Shown: in pieces, positions 1 to 11,077 of the stretch | Layout of the letters: each line of letters starts with the position of its first letter | How positions within the stretch are numbered: position 1 is the first letter of the stretch | Source of the DNA: Trypanosoma brucei | Lineage: Eukaryota | Reading direction: 5' to 3' | Assembly (NCBI GenBank): GCA_000002445.1 | Contig: CP000069.1 | Location: 640,001-704,000 of the forward strand | DNA: 64,000 bases | Position numbers and translations under genes: made by a program | The notes under the pieces: generated by a model | Told to the model about the DNA's origin: nothing | Seen by the model: the letters and a program-made list of their open reading frames with translations, nothing else | Databases searched by the model: none

Positions 1-700
1 CGTTAAATGACAGACCAACAAGCGCGAGAGTATTAGACCCGCATATTTGCCTTATGTTACATCCACAGGCTATAAATACCAGACACGCGGGTGGAAGATA
101 TGGGATGGAGGTTAGCCCCGGGTTGTTACTTAGGACTAGCTTAGTAACATTTGAGAACTGAAAAATGTCGGGCGTCAGTGCATCGATTCCCTTGTGGCAA
201 AACCTAAGGTCAACGAAATAGGTACACAACTCCACCAAGCTAAACCTCGCTTCAGCCTCCTCCGTAAGGGCTTTCCGAAGCCGATTTCTCTCTCCACGGT
301 GCAGCCGTCCCCAGCTTCCACAGCAGCCTCGAGTTACATCCAGCAGTTGCATAAGACTTTGCGTGTAACGAAGGCATCGAGATTGTGCCCTCACCACAGC
401 ATCTGTATCCTCGCAGAAATCAATTGGGGGAAGTTCTTCCATGGAGATAACTGGGCATGCAGCCCGAACCCCTTCTAACCTCTTAGGAACAACAGGACGA
501 ACATCATCACATACATTACCCGCTCCAGCACAAACACTGGCATTCAACACGGCACCCGCTTCTAACAGCTCCTGAAGTTCCTTCACGGTGTTACCGATAT
601 ATGTGCTGAGGGAGCTCCAAAATACATTTGAAAAAGTCCCTGAGCGCCGCTCAGGCAACTTTCTTTGATCGTCGTCCCCCCAGGGAGGAGGTACAATCAT
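1..700 (-). CDS. Partial CDS running off the window start. ATG at 700-698 follows an in-frame stop. At least 233 codons are open on the minus strand. Leucine-rich-repeat-like C-terminal part (…LVLSNNPGLTSIPYLPP…LALVGLSFN).
   Basis: Manual translation of the minus strand shows an uninterrupted frame from 700 down to position 1. Strand matches the surrounding minus polycistron. LxxLxLxxN-type repeats are visible. Not in the ORF track because no stop lies inside the window. Confidence 0.4.
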   Translation of the reverse strand, partial: MIVPPPWGDDDQRKLPERRSGTFSNVFWSSLSTYIGNTVKELQELLEAGAVLNASVCAGAGNVCDDVRPVVPKRLEGVRAACPVISMEELPPIDFCEDTDAVVRAQSRCLRYTQSLMQLLDVTRGCCGSWGRLHRGERNRLRKALTEEAEARFSLVELCTYFVDLRFCHKGIDALTPDIFQFSNVTKLVLSNNPGLTSIPYLPPACLVFIACGCNIRQICGSNTLALVGLSFN

Positions 701-1530
701 CTACGACATTGCCAAAACAAACATAGAATCAAAGATAACAAGGGTGCTTACAATACCAACTGAAAACTGGCCAGGAGTTCTTCGGGTAGCAGTCCTCACA
801 AACACAGCTACACAATAAGGGAAAACTCATGCCACATAAACCAACATTGCAATTTTTTTTACAAAAAAACAAAAGCTTAAGGTCGCCACACACGCAAATC
901 CCCTGCATATGGTAACACGCGGTCAGCAATGTCCACAGGAACCGCGTGTCCCTCAATATCAATGCATCAATATAGAAAATAATCCAAAAATGCGAGTACC
1001 ACCCGACAAAGCAGCAACAACTCGAAAAGTAAAAAGAAGCCATTTCCTTTTTTCACAATTTTGTACAAGAGCATATTACCGAACATAATAAGAGAAATGT
1101 GAGCAACTCATTTGTACGGCCCATTAAGAGCTGTTAGTCCTGCGCCACCAGTGTAAACTGCCAATTCACCTACAAATGTATACGCGGAGTAAGGTTCCAC
1201 CTGTGGATGCGCTTCGCCTACTTCCATACGAGGGCCCGCTGGCTATAACTCGCGTTTGTTCATGCATGCAAATCCCCCCCTACCATTCCAAATACCGCAC
1301 ACGAACGCACCAAACAAGGAGACTACATAAACGCTAAGTTTAGATCTAAGGGAAGATAGGTGCTTATTTCTTGTGTAAAAGGTGTGAGAAAGCAAGACGG
1401 TAAAATCACATAATTTTCTAGTGAATTCATCGCCCACAAGTAACGGCTATAAACTTAACGACCGAGAGAAATTTAGCGCTTACTCCACCCGACGCTACCA
1501 CAACCGCCAGCGCGTCTTTCAGTAGCAGCT

Positions 1531-4119
1531 CTAGCGCCTACGGGAGGCAGCGGCGGCCTCGCGGAGAATATCAGTTAGAGCGCTGTTTATGCGCGAAAGA
1601 CTCGCCTCACGGATTTTCTGTTCGCGTTTGCCAAGCGCTTTCATTGGAGGAGATTGTCGCAATCGATCACGCGCGCTTTCAGTAGCTGCTTGAAGGTCCT
1701 TCGCCCATGCCGCCACCGGTAACGTAGATGTTGGTGCGACCTGCAGAAGCGCTGTAAGAATAGATGCTTCAGGGAATAAGAAGCTTTTGATATTTTCCAC
1801 TTCAAGTACTGCCCTCAAGGCATGAGCGAACGAATCTGTGTGCGCAATGCGTGCTCCACTACCGTACGTTTTCACAAACTCTAAGGTAAGAGGTGCGATA
1901 GAGCTCATTACAGGAAGAGTCTGCAGTGTCTCCGTGTGTTGCTGACACAGAAGCATCGGTAAGGGTACGTCCTGGGGTGCAGCATCAGATTTTCCACCTT
2001 TGCCCTTCCTTCGCTTCGGAAGATTTGAGACTTGCACGCGATGAGCCTCCAACATCGAGACATCGTGCAATAACATAAGGCTCCCTACAAGCTGGCGTGC
2101 GTGTTCGACACGTTCATTTACCGTAGGCATCCCTACCAGTGTGTTGGCGAGTGCTTCCACCTTTTGGCTGTGGATGTTACCCAGCACCATGGACCGTACG
2201 ACCACCCAGTCAGTGTTATCCACAAGGTCCTTCGCTTGCGGGTCCTGAAGGGCTTCAAAGACTTGGGACAACACCCTCTCTTCCGCTTGCATCAGATCAA
2301 ACACGTTACGCTGCGTTTGGCACTGGCGCAGTTCCCCAGCAATACGGCTCAAACTGTATATAACCCTCGCTAACGAGTTTGTTTGCCGCCGCTCGTATTC
2401 CTGGATGTCTTTCATAGCTGGCCATGACATGTACGTAAACACCTTAATGCGAAGGAGGCTACAATCCCTTTGAAGCATGCCATAATGTTCCCAGGCAGCA
2501 GTGTTCCATTCGCACACCCCATCCAGCGCACCACCAGCAACAAGGGGCCAGTAACCCACATGCGACATTGTATCACGTTGAATACTCTTGAAGTCCAGTT
2601 GGCAACACGCCGCTACATCAGCGAGTCCCAGGATGCGGGCGAAACACACGCTGAAAGTGAGCCAAGTGGGGTTGTTTTCTCGGCGATCTACACTATCCAG
2701 CAGCGCTAACCCCTTCTGTACCCACTCAACGTTCTTAGTAGCTTCGTAAACATGAAGGGATATATTGAGGGCGACAGTGATGTAACCATCACAGAGCCCT
2801 TCCTCACTCCAAGACAGGTTTTCGGAAAGAGGACGTGCTTCTTCATACGAACGTATACACGCCTGCAGTAGTTCTTCAACCTCGGCATGACTTGGCTGCG
2901 TCTCAGCGGTGATCCCCCAGAGGGCAACGTGACACCGCAGGCCCAAAATCCTCCGCATATGGTAATGCAGCCGCTCCTTTCCCTCAGGGCCCCCGTCCTC
3001 CTGCGACCATGCATATATCGCTGACGCCGCCGTTGCATCCACGTAGGTTGAAATGTCTAAAAAGCAGCAGCTCGCCTTGTAAAAACGCTTGGCGTAGGCC
3101 ACCGTCTCATTTCGAAGCTGAACGTCATCGCCCAGGCGAGAAAGAATCTCAAGCACCGCCATGGACGGGCCACGGCCCAAGCGACTTCCCGATGAACCCT
3201 TCAGTGACTCAGCCGACAGCGACCGAGCGAAACGGAGGGCATCCTCGAGGGTACGGTCGCTGTTAGATAAATTAATCGAAACACATTTCGACTCCTCAGG
3301 ACCATCGAGTTCCAGAACACCTTCAGTGGCATTCGACTCGGACAATGAGTTAAGATACAGCTCCACAAACGTCCAATTTTCCGGTTGGTGGGTCCACAAT
3401 TGTTTTGCTATGGCGTTAGCCTTCGCCAATTCCCCGTTAAGCTGCAGCACTTTTGCCAGCATTTCCAGACGGGCTGGTGGTAAACCCACCGATGCCCCTC
3501 TCGTGCTACAAAGAAATTTGACAGCATCTGCATACAACTTCTGCTGTTGTAGCACCTGGACGTACGTGCGTGAGGTAGATGTTGTCATCGTACCCTTCTC
3601 TGTAAGTACTGCAGCTTCGAGAAGATTTGCCGACACTTTAAGTAAAGCATGATCCACAGAATCCCGTGGCACCTGCGCAAGCATCGACTGCACCACCCAC
3701 ACATGATAGCGAGGATTAGGCCACCCGCTATTGAGTTGAAGGGCTGTCTTTTGTGCCATGTTATACGCACCCATTCGCACATACGTTTGGAACAGGTTCT
3801 CCAGCACAACCTTCTCGTCTTGAATACCCTTAAGACGCTCATAAGTTCGCACGAGGGCTTCCCAACTGCAGCACTGCTGAAGGACGTGAACAAGAGCATT
3901 AACAGCCGATCCGTCCGTTACATTTTGCAAGCTTAGCGCCTCCGCCTTCGATCGGGCCTTATCTATTACCTTCTTGCGTAGCAACAACAAGGCCTCTGCC
4001 GCTAAAACGGCGTGGTCGTTGGGAAACTTTGAAAGTGCATCCTCCAGCAAGCCCTCCGCCTGTCCTAACTTGCCCGTGTCAATAAGGTCAAAGATACGAT
4101 CTGAAACTCTGCCAGCCAT
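1531..4119 (-). CDS. NAA25: N-terminal acetyltransferase B auxiliary subunit (NAA25/MDM20-like), a TPR protein of 862 aa.
   Basis: 862-aa ORF with ATG at 4119-4117. TPR-like helical repeats throughout. Segment ...SGWPNPRYHVWVVQSMLAQVP... resembles the NAA25 motif ...KNPYYFWSVMSLIMQS... recalled from human NAA25. Overall length and repeat architecture fit NatB auxiliary subunits. Confidence 0.55.
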   Translation of the reverse strand: MAGRVSDRIFDLIDTGKLGQAEGLLEDALSKFPNDHAVLAAEALLLLRKKVIDKARSKAEALSLQNVTDGSAVNALVHVLQQCCSWEALVRTYERLKGIQDEKVVLENLFQTYVRMGAYNMAQKTALQLNSGWPNPRYHVWVVQSMLAQVPRDSVDHALLKVSANLLEAAVLTEKGTMTTSTSRTYVQVLQQQKLYADAVKFLCSTRGASVGLPPARLEMLAKVLQLNGELAKANAIAKQLWTHQPENWTFVELYLNSLSESNATEGVLELDGPEESKCVSINLSNSDRTLEDALRFARSLSAESLKGSSGSRLGRGPSMAVLEILSRLGDDVQLRNETVAYAKRFYKASCCFLDISTYVDATAASAIYAWSQEDGGPEGKERLHYHMRRILGLRCHVALWGITAETQPSHAEVEELLQACIRSYEEARPLSENLSWSEEGLCDGYITVALNISLHVYEATKNVEWVQKGLALLDSVDRRENNPTWLTFSVCFARILGLADVAACCQLDFKSIQRDTMSHVGYWPLVAGGALDGVCEWNTAAWEHYGMLQRDCSLLRIKVFTYMSWPAMKDIQEYERRQTNSLARVIYSLSRIAGELRQCQTQRNVFDLMQAEERVLSQVFEALQDPQAKDLVDNTDWVVVRSMVLGNIHSQKVEALANTLVGMPTVNERVEHARQLVGSLMLLHDVSMLEAHRVQVSNLPKRRKGKGGKSDAAPQDVPLPMLLCQQHTETLQTLPVMSSIAPLTLEFVKTYGSGARIAHTDSFAHALRAVLEVENIKSFLFPEASILTALLQVAPTSTLPVAAWAKDLQAATESARDRLRQSPPMKALGKREQKIREASLSRINSALTDILREAAAASRRR

Positions 4120-4634
4120 TAGTCACCACGTTTCCACAATTGCGATATTGGGCGATTCCCTGCCCCCTCCCTTTAAAACAGCGTGTTTTGAATATTGTGT
4201 GCCGGATAACTGCGAAAGATGGAGGGAAAAAAGGAGAGAAACCAATAAAATACAATCGCTCGCAAATAGCCACACGCTGTTAGCATACCTTCGTCCTCAG
4301 ACAAATGTATACACACGTACGTGTACATACTGCTACACATTATCCATAAACACACAAAATGTCAACATCACGGTCCGCAGGCACTATTACCACCCGCCAA
4401 AGTCACTCAAACACCGTCTCGGGGGTGAAAATGAGGTGAGCGAAGGGAACATACACGAAGAAAGGGATAAGAAGAAGACATTAATGCGGACAATGTGATG
4501 CGACGCCATGTCCCATTTTGTTTTTGTCCCCTCCCTCTCCTTCCCCTTTCCTCACACTCGGTTGGTTCCTCGAAATAACCCAATTTTCCCCCCTCTTATA
4601 TCCGCGTGTGGGACACGCCACAAACTCGATACCC

Positions 4635-5879
4635 TCACAAACTGAAGAGTGGGGTGAGTAACCTCAGCAACTCTGCAGTATCCGCCCCGGGGTACACACG
4701 AAGCGCCCCTAGATCAAGTCGCTGCAGCTGTTTACAAAGGTCCGCAACCTGCACACAATAAATGTACCGCTCATTACTAAGTGCCTCTGCAAATTCCAAC
4801 TGGTGGTCCAGCATTAGTGCTCGATTAGGTACAGCGATCATTGGTTTTTTGCTCTCTAGCACCTCCAAAATAGTCCCCGCTCCGGCGTGGGATATAACCA
4901 ATGCAGCTTTCTGAATGATTTCATGAAGTTTTGGCCGGTAAGGAAAAACTTCAACGGAAACGCCGTGAGCGAATGAAATCCGATTGACATAAGGCGATGT
5001 TCCCTTCTGCACTAAAAGTTGCGTAATACCTCGTTTGGCGAGTGCCCTCAGCACCTCCTCATTATCAACAGCTTCAATGAGTGGAGTGAACTGGGTGGAC
5101 CCCACAGTAACCAGGGCCATTGAGCCAGCTCCACCACCCTCTTCGCTGCCATCAAACTTCCCCAACATTGGTGAAAGCCGCTGCTGTAAACCATTTTCTT
5201 CCGCAGTATTCCTCGTCCCCACAAAGAAAATATTTTTGCAGCCCCACCACCATTTATGTTGATAATTTTCGTACAGCTTCAACCACTGCACCACGCACAC
5301 GTCACTGATCGGCCCCAGAAGCTTCCCTGAAACAGACATATGAGAAACGGAACTGTATGTCTCAATGAACGCGATAGCGGGACGGCAGTAGCACGACGAG
5401 GGTATGAGTATAGCCACTAACAATGCACCGGCAACTACAGGCACGCAGACACCTGGGCCGTTCACCAAAATAACATCCGGTTTCTCATCAAGTGCGAGAA
5501 ATACACACGACCACAAGGCACGAAGGGTTGTAAAAATGGAGAGAAAGTAGCTCTGGCCAACCTCACGCGCCCGAGGTATTATGTGTAGGCGGCAGCATCT
5601 CCCAAAGTTTCGCTCCTCAAATTGTTTAGCGAGACTAGCTGAATGCGAGTCGGTAGACGAAACAACATAAAATGGTCGGTGATGCCCCCATATTTCCGTT
5701 TTGAGGGTTTCGACGATACGCATCATTTCACTCGTGTGACCGCCTGATCCGAGCACTACGCACACGCGCAGTGGAGAGTCGCCACAGCGCCGCCTGGGTG
5801 CAGGCACACTGCGTAGCACTGACGCAAATCGCCAGACAAGCAACGAAAATGCCAGCACAAGCCAGAGGAACAGAGCCAT
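4635..5879 (-). CDS. ALG13/ALG14: UDP-GlcNAc transferase with ALG14 and ALG13 fused in one polypeptide: N-terminal ALG14 membrane-anchor domain, C-terminal ALG13 glycosyltransferase-28 C-domain. The track ORF runs up to 6062, but the probable start is Met62 at 5879, just before the TM helix MALFLWLVLAFSLLVW.
   Basis: ALG14 motifs VLGSGGHTSEMM and IPRAREVGQS sit in the N-terminal half. ALG13 motifs MALVTVGSTQF…HAGAGTILE…PMIAVPN sit in the C-terminal half. 'cat' at 5877-5879 is an in-frame ATG on the minus strand. Confidence 0.65.
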   Translation of the reverse strand: MALFLWLVLAFSLLVWRFASVLRSVPAPRRRCGDSPLRVCVVLGSGGHTSEMMRIVETLKTEIWGHHRPFYVVSSTDSHSASLAKQFEERNFGRCCRLHIIPRAREVGQSYFLSIFTTLRALWSCVFLALDEKPDVILVNGPGVCVPVVAGALLVAILIPSSCYCRPAIAFIETYSSVSHMSVSGKLLGPISDVCVVQWLKLYENYQHKWWWGCKNIFFVGTRNTAEENGLQQRLSPMLGKFDGSEEGGGAGSMALVTVGSTQFTPLIEAVDNEEVLRALAKRGITQLLVQKGTSPYVNRISFAHGVSVEVFPYRPKLHEIIQKAALVISHAGAGTILEVLESKKPMIAVPNRALMLDHQLEFAEALSNERYIYCVQVADLCKQLQRLDLGALRVYPGADTAELLRLLTPLFSL

Positions 5880-6155
5880 GGGCTCGACTACCTCTCGTCG
5901 ACACACAAAAAAGGGAAGTAAAGAGAGAGATAAGCAAATGTAACAGAACTGCTTCAACACAAAGGGCTGATGTAGCGAGGAGAGAGGGTGAGGCATGTGC
6001 ATGCAAACTCCATGTGAGCGAAGGAAGGGCCTTGCCTCAAGCCTCACAATGGGCTCTCGCAAACTACGTCAGATTCTCAATTTCCACGGAGAGAAGCATC
6101 TCTGCATTCAAATGAAAAAAGGTCAAAGTTGCACCAACGGGTACTCCACACATCA

Positions 6156-6755
6156 TTACGAACGGCCGCGCTTCTCCACCCGTCGCGGTGGTATCCAAGT
6201 ATAATGCACTAACTGATCCTCCGCCACTGCAGCACCAACGCCAAGCTCCTCACGCCTCAACACACCAAGTCCGCCGCGTGCACTGTCTAAGTTCTGCCGC
6301 ACACCATCAACAACCTGCCCGCCGTGTGCACCTCGACCCCAGCGTCGTGTGTGGTCACAACCAACGTCCCATGAAACGGTTATGACGCGGTCGTCTAGCA
6401 GCGTGCCGTGTAAATCAATCACAGCGCTCATGGCGCCATCCTGGGACTCAAATACCACGAAACAAAACCCACAGGGCGTCCGTGTAACTTCACTCAGTCC
6501 CATCACAAGATCTCGTATATGACCACACCGGGAGAAATGCTCCCAGATTTGGTCCTCCGTCGTGTAGAAAGACAAGTTTCCAACGTACACTGTCGTGCTC
6601 TTATTCAGCTGTTCCTGCCGCCGCTCGATGAATTCCTTTTCCGTCAGAAGCGAACGCAGAAGTTCGTGACGGTCAACATATGCCATACGCGGCGTCAGAT
6701 CAATGAGGTATTCTGCCATGTTGTAATCGTTTGGCTCCGCTCCGTGTGCTCGCAC
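6156..6755 (-). CDS. CBP20: Nuclear cap-binding protein 20-kDa subunit (CBP20/NCBP2) with an RRM.
   Basis: TVYVGNLSFYTTEDQIWEHFSRCGHIRDLVMGLSEVTRTPCGFCFVVF…LDDRVITVSWD…GRGAHGGQV matches the human CBP20 core (TLYVGNLSFYTTEEQI…MGLDKMKKTACGFCFVEY…LDDRIIRTDWD…GRGRSGGQV) closely. Confidence 0.8.
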   Translation of the reverse strand: MRAHGAEPNDYNMAEYLIDLTPRMAYVDRHELLRSLLTEKEFIERRQEQLNKSTTVYVGNLSFYTTEDQIWEHFSRCGHIRDLVMGLSEVTRTPCGFCFVVFESQDGAMSAVIDLHGTLLDDRVITVSWDVGCDHTRRWGRGAHGGQVVDGVRQNLDSARGGLGVLRREELGVGAAVAEDQLVHYTWIPPRRVEKRGRS

Positions 6756-7566
6756 ACGCGTGTCGAGAGTTTTAGCCGTACTTTACTATTCTCTCTTACG
6801 GCCACGCCGTGCGAGCTGATCGAAAAGAGGAACCAAGAAAATACTGAAGCTTTGGCAGTGCGCATCAAACGCATGGGGGAGAGTGTAAAGGCATGGAACA
6901 TGAAGGAAGAAAAAAGGGTAGAGCGTCATCTGTATATATATATATATATATAAATATGTGGTTATGGCAGTTGTGATACTGATGGAGAATCACCAGGAAG
7001 TTGAAACAGGAGGATTAAGCACAACACTATCACGCACACAGCGGCAGAGGATCTTAACACAACGAAAAAAAAAAATCATGCAACATATTTCAGTCAACAA
7101 AAAAAGAGAGAGAACATCGCACCAAACAGATACAAGCATTTCTGAAGCAACGGCAAAAAACATGACAGCAAATAGTAAGGGAAGGACATACAAGTAACAA
7201 TAGCAAATGTGTGGTTTCTCTATTTGCAGAAAGACGAAACACACACACACGCTAAAAAAAAAAAAACATGGCCAATGTGTTCTCACCTTTTCCCCTTTGT
7301 TTACCGTTCAACGGAAAAATAGAGAACACATAACTTCCTTTTTCTCACACAACCAGTCTTCCACCGTCCGCATATATGTATGCACACCTGATTCCATATA
7401 ATGTTGGTACGTAAAGTGTTTTACTGAAGCGGTGCACCAGAGAATATTAGAAGCAACAGCAACAAACAAGAAAAGAAAAGTAAAGTAAAAGAGAGACAGA
7501 ATTAATGCGATTATCTATGAGCCGCTTCACGCACCAACGACAAAAACAAAAACAAAAACAAAAACA

Positions 7567-9318
7567 TCACGACCGCCTCGCTCCCTCAGTCGCCATCCTT
7601 TGCGCTAGGTACTCTCTATACCGATCCCCACGCTCTGCCGGGGGTCCTCTGTTATGTCTGGGAGTCGAAACCTCCGTCCTTTCAACTTCACTCGCGGCGT
7701 GGCCCAACACTCTCGCGTCAATCGCCGTCAGCGGCCTTCCCAAGGCATTGGAAACGAGACGATAACCGTCCTCAATGCGCTGCCGCACCTCCTCGGAGTT
7801 TATGTTGTTGGGACTGTGCACCTCCAACCCAATAAGTTTCAAAATACATTGGGCGATATTTACAAACACAAGCAGGGAAACAAGAACAATAATTGCAGGT
7901 AGGAAGCGATTCAGCCAGTCACCTAATATGTAACTAGCATCCATGTTATCACGGTACACATGGCCGTACATGACATCCACAGCCCCATTCGCCATGTCCG
8001 CCATGAGTAGGAAATTGAAACAAAGAGGCATGATAAGGCGCGATAAAAACGTGGCGCCAAAACAGAGTGATGAGTTGTCCGATATCTCAGGGAGGATAAC
8101 ATAAATGTCAAACACCTTGAGTTGGAAAATGGCCCAATACGAGCAGTACGCCATGTAGAAGAGGAAAATAACGGACGCAGGAAGCTCCCAACCGCTATTC
8201 GCCATAATGGCAACTACAGAGATACTCTTTTCTGTCAACGGGCGAAAGGGTAGTGTCACTTCACTCCAAAGTATGAGCAGCGTGATAACACCACATAATA
8301 GCGCCAACAATTTAAGGATGATTCCGCGCATGGGGAACCACACCTTCTTGAAGCCGTTGTTAGTTGCTTTTGAACCACGCGCAAGCATCTCATAGAACTT
8401 GGCGTCGCGGACAGTTGCGTCCCACCTGTATGTCATCCGCTGAGCTATTTTAATAGACCCCTTCACACGCTCGTGCAGCTGCTCAAGGTGTTCCAGAGAG
8501 ACGTCTATTTCAGTCCTTTTGCCTACAGCATTTGTGCGTGATGTTGGCATGGGAAATTGTGAGCTGCGGCCATCAGACTCATCAATCAACTCTATCATGC
8601 GGGTCCAGTATGGTCTATGCTCCTCCGGGACTGCGGACGAAATCGCCATGAGCTCCGTCCTCACCTCCGTTAGGTCTAGTACAGCTATGTCAAGATCCTC
8701 CTGAATCTCGACAGCACTATAATAAACCTCCCGCAGCATCCGTATAGGGTTCGACTTCCGCCACAGCACCTTCGGTACTCCCACAATTCCTGTGGACATG
8801 AACAGCACCAAAAGCAGGAGACCCCAAGCATTCGCCAAAGCGGTAGCCAAGTTACCGATACTGGTGAGGGAAGTGTAGGCACCCTTTAAAACAACTACAT
8901 AGGCGAACAACACCGCAAATATACATGTGTATATGGCATACAACTTTGCATTGACTTTAATAGAACTTACGAGTTTCCTCCTCACTGTAAATCCACCCAC
9001 CTCTGTGTATGATTGCGAAATTGGCAATACCACCCAACCCATGACATACGTCACTATCATGATGGTGTACCACACAGGAATCATCCACTCCTCCTTCGGT
9101 GCGTCACCTCCATTCATGGACTCAATAGCTGCGCCAATATCCACTACTAGAAGTGGGAATGGCATCAGTGATGCGTAGACAGCAATGACAATGAACACTG
9201 GGCACAGGAAAGGCATGGTCTTGTACGAGACCCTTGTGTAATGCCATTGCAATCCCAATGTCACGAAGAAGGTTGTAATAGAAAACCCTATTGTGGAGTA
9301 TACGGCGGGAATAGTCAT
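7567..9318 (-). CDS. Polytopic membrane protein, LMBR1-domain-like, 583 aa. About 9 predicted TM helices with a central charged/coiled cytoplasmic loop.
   Basis: Many hydrophobic 20-aa segments flank a central hydrophilic loop (…EIQEDLDIAVLDLTEVRTELMAI…HLEQLHERVKGSIKIAQRM…). This topology is typical of LMBR1/LIMR family proteins. The family assignment rests on architecture only. Confidence 0.4.
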   Translation of the reverse strand: MTIPAVYSTIGFSITTFFVTLGLQWHYTRVSYKTMPFLCPVFIVIAVYASLMPFPLLVVDIGAAIESMNGGDAPKEEWMIPVWYTIMIVTYVMGWVVLPISQSYTEVGGFTVRRKLVSSIKVNAKLYAIYTCIFAVLFAYVVVLKGAYTSLTSIGNLATALANAWGLLLLVLFMSTGIVGVPKVLWRKSNPIRMLREVYYSAVEIQEDLDIAVLDLTEVRTELMAISSAVPEEHRPYWTRMIELIDESDGRSSQFPMPTSRTNAVGKRTEIDVSLEHLEQLHERVKGSIKIAQRMTYRWDATVRDAKFYEMLARGSKATNNGFKKVWFPMRGIILKLLALLCGVITLLILWSEVTLPFRPLTEKSISVVAIMANSGWELPASVIFLFYMAYCSYWAIFQLKVFDIYVILPEISDNSSLCFGATFLSRLIMPLCFNFLLMADMANGAVDVMYGHVYRDNMDASYILGDWLNRFLPAIIVLVSLLVFVNIAQCILKLIGLEVHSPNNINSEEVRQRIEDGYRLVSNALGRPLTAIDARVLGHAASEVERTEVSTPRHNRGPPAERGDRYREYLAQRMATEGARRS

Positions 9319-10102
9319 TTACCCGCACACTAATAAGGAGGAGATAAACAAAAAAGCAATGTCAACGAAAAATATTAACAAGTAAAGAAAAAAAGAAAAA
9401 GATCCTTGAGTCGCAAAAACACACACCCCAAATACCGAGATCTAATATGCCTAATGTGTGAGTTGTCCTACCCCTTTTAGTGGTGATGTTAAACTCCTTT
9501 TTTAAAAAAATTATTTGGATCTCTTTTCCTTTTTGTTTTTCCTCCGTTTTCCTTCTGCTTCCACACTACTCAAGATTCTTATTCCACTGCTGATTATTTT
9601 GCTCTTATTCTTTTTTATTTTTTAAAAAAAAAGCAATCTTACGCTCTCACTAAATGATATTGTTTCAATCCCTGTTTGCACCTTTTGGGTTTCACCCAGG
9701 ACGATAGGAAGAGGAGGGTAGAACACAGCAATAATCAAAAAATTAACAAAAAATCCCTGTAACTGTTGGGAACTGAAGATATTTTCCTTTTATTTTTTTG
9801 CGTGTGTGGGTGCGTGTGAAGATGTTGTTGATCAAATCCACAACGACAGTCGAGGCAACGGTAAAATATCAAACGAGGGGAGGGAAGGAAAGCAAAAGAG
9901 ATGAGAAAAGAAATGAAGTGAAGTGAAGTGAGACAAAATGCCAAAAGGAAACCCAATTGTGCGTTCGTAAAGGGTTAACACGATGAGTAAAACATGATGT
10001 GTAGCTTTAACGGTGTGATAGAACAATTTTTTTCTTTTATTTTAAGGTGGGATGGGTAAAAACTGATAAAGATAATTAATAAAGGTATGGTTTATCATTA
10101 CT

Positions 10103-11077
10103 TTAAGCAAAGTCAACCTTGACTTGCGCTTCATCTCGTTCCTTTAATACTGCTAAAAGTTCCTCACGAAGCGGACACGGTTCCGTTTTAAGTTGCAACG
10201 CCAGACGGTTCCGTTCCATGGTGAGCTTCGTTTGTTTTTGCGTTAACTCCGAAAGACGTGAGCTCAGCTGTTTTTGCCCCATATTGGCTGTACCGGTGTC
10301 ACCCTTCTTTGCGCTGCCCTGGGCGTTGAGTTTTGAGACAACTTCATCTAGCTGTTGCTTTGCCTCAGCCAATTTAGAAGGGAGATCTTCCTCGCTGTAC
10401 TGCAGAACCATCTGAATACGATCCTTTTCCTTCCTCAAGAGTGTCACTTGAATCTCCATATCATCCACAGTCTCTGCACTGATTTGTTTCTGCTGTTTGC
10501 CGCCTTTTGGTTTTTTTTGACCAGGGTTCATCACAGCCACGTGCTGAAGAAGTTCGCTCATCGCCCTTCGATCTACTTGCCGGGCGCGGGAACGAAGCTC
10601 CTCCTCGTTACGGCGGCGCTCCTCCTCGCGTGCGGCTATGCGCTCCTCCTCTAAGCGCTCCCTCTCGATGCGATCCTCCTCCAGTTTCTTCTGTTCTTCT
10701 TCCGATATCTGAGGTCCTTCATCATATTCCTCTTCGCTCTCTTCCTCAAACACCTCATCCTCATCGTTCTCGTTCCACCGCCGATAATCTGGACCCCGTG
10801 CCTTCAAGCGGCGGATTGGCTCCGGCGCCTGCCTCTCTGCAACAAGTGTGTTAATACAACCCATCAACGCATCCCCGAGAATTTTGTAATTCTCCGAGCT
10901 TATTTTAGTAGGGTCCTCCAAGAGGCGGTTAAGGAATGCAGTCAATATTAACTCGTAATGTTTCGTATTACGGTACATTTGCAGAAAACTATTGGTAATT
11001 TTACCAAACGCCGTGTAGTATGAATCACCCCTCAGTTCGGCGAACTGAAAGGTATAACGGTCACCATCTCTCAACAT
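10103..11077 (-). CDS. Hypothetical protein, 324 aa, with an acidic E-rich region and coiled-coil segments.
   Basis: Long ORF on the polycistron strand. N-terminal globular part, central EEEE/ER-rich stretch, C-terminal heptad-like region. No family recognised. Confidence 0.5.
   Translation of the reverse strand: MLRDGDRYTFQFAELRGDSYYTAFGKITNSFLQMYRNTKHYELILTAFLNRLLEDPTKISSENYKILGDALMGCINTLVAERQAPEPIRRLKARGPDYRRWNENDEDEVFEEESEEEYDEGPQISEEEQKKLEEDRIERERLEEERIAAREEERRRNEEELRSRARQVDRRAMSELLQHVAVMNPGQKKPKGGKQQKQISAETVDDMEIQVTLLRKEKDRIQMVLQYSEEDLPSKLAEAKQQLDEVVSKLNAQGSAKKGDTGTANMGQKQLSSRLSELTQKQTKLTMERNRLALQLKTEPCPLREELLAVLKERDEAQVKVDFA

Noticed and set aside
194-478. 94-aa plus-strand ORF at the window start.
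   Set aside because: It lies antisense to the longer open frame (1..700, minus strand) that carries LRR-like repeats and matches the polycistron orientation.
3161-3652. Plus-strand ORFs nested inside long minus-strand genes (3161..3652, 2101..2373, 11548..12043, 16084..16521, 37606..38025, 24229..24705, etc.).
   Set aside because: They are antisense to strongly supported genes in a unidirectional polycistron, are short, and have no recognisable domains. They are typical shadow ORFs of GC-rich coding sequence.
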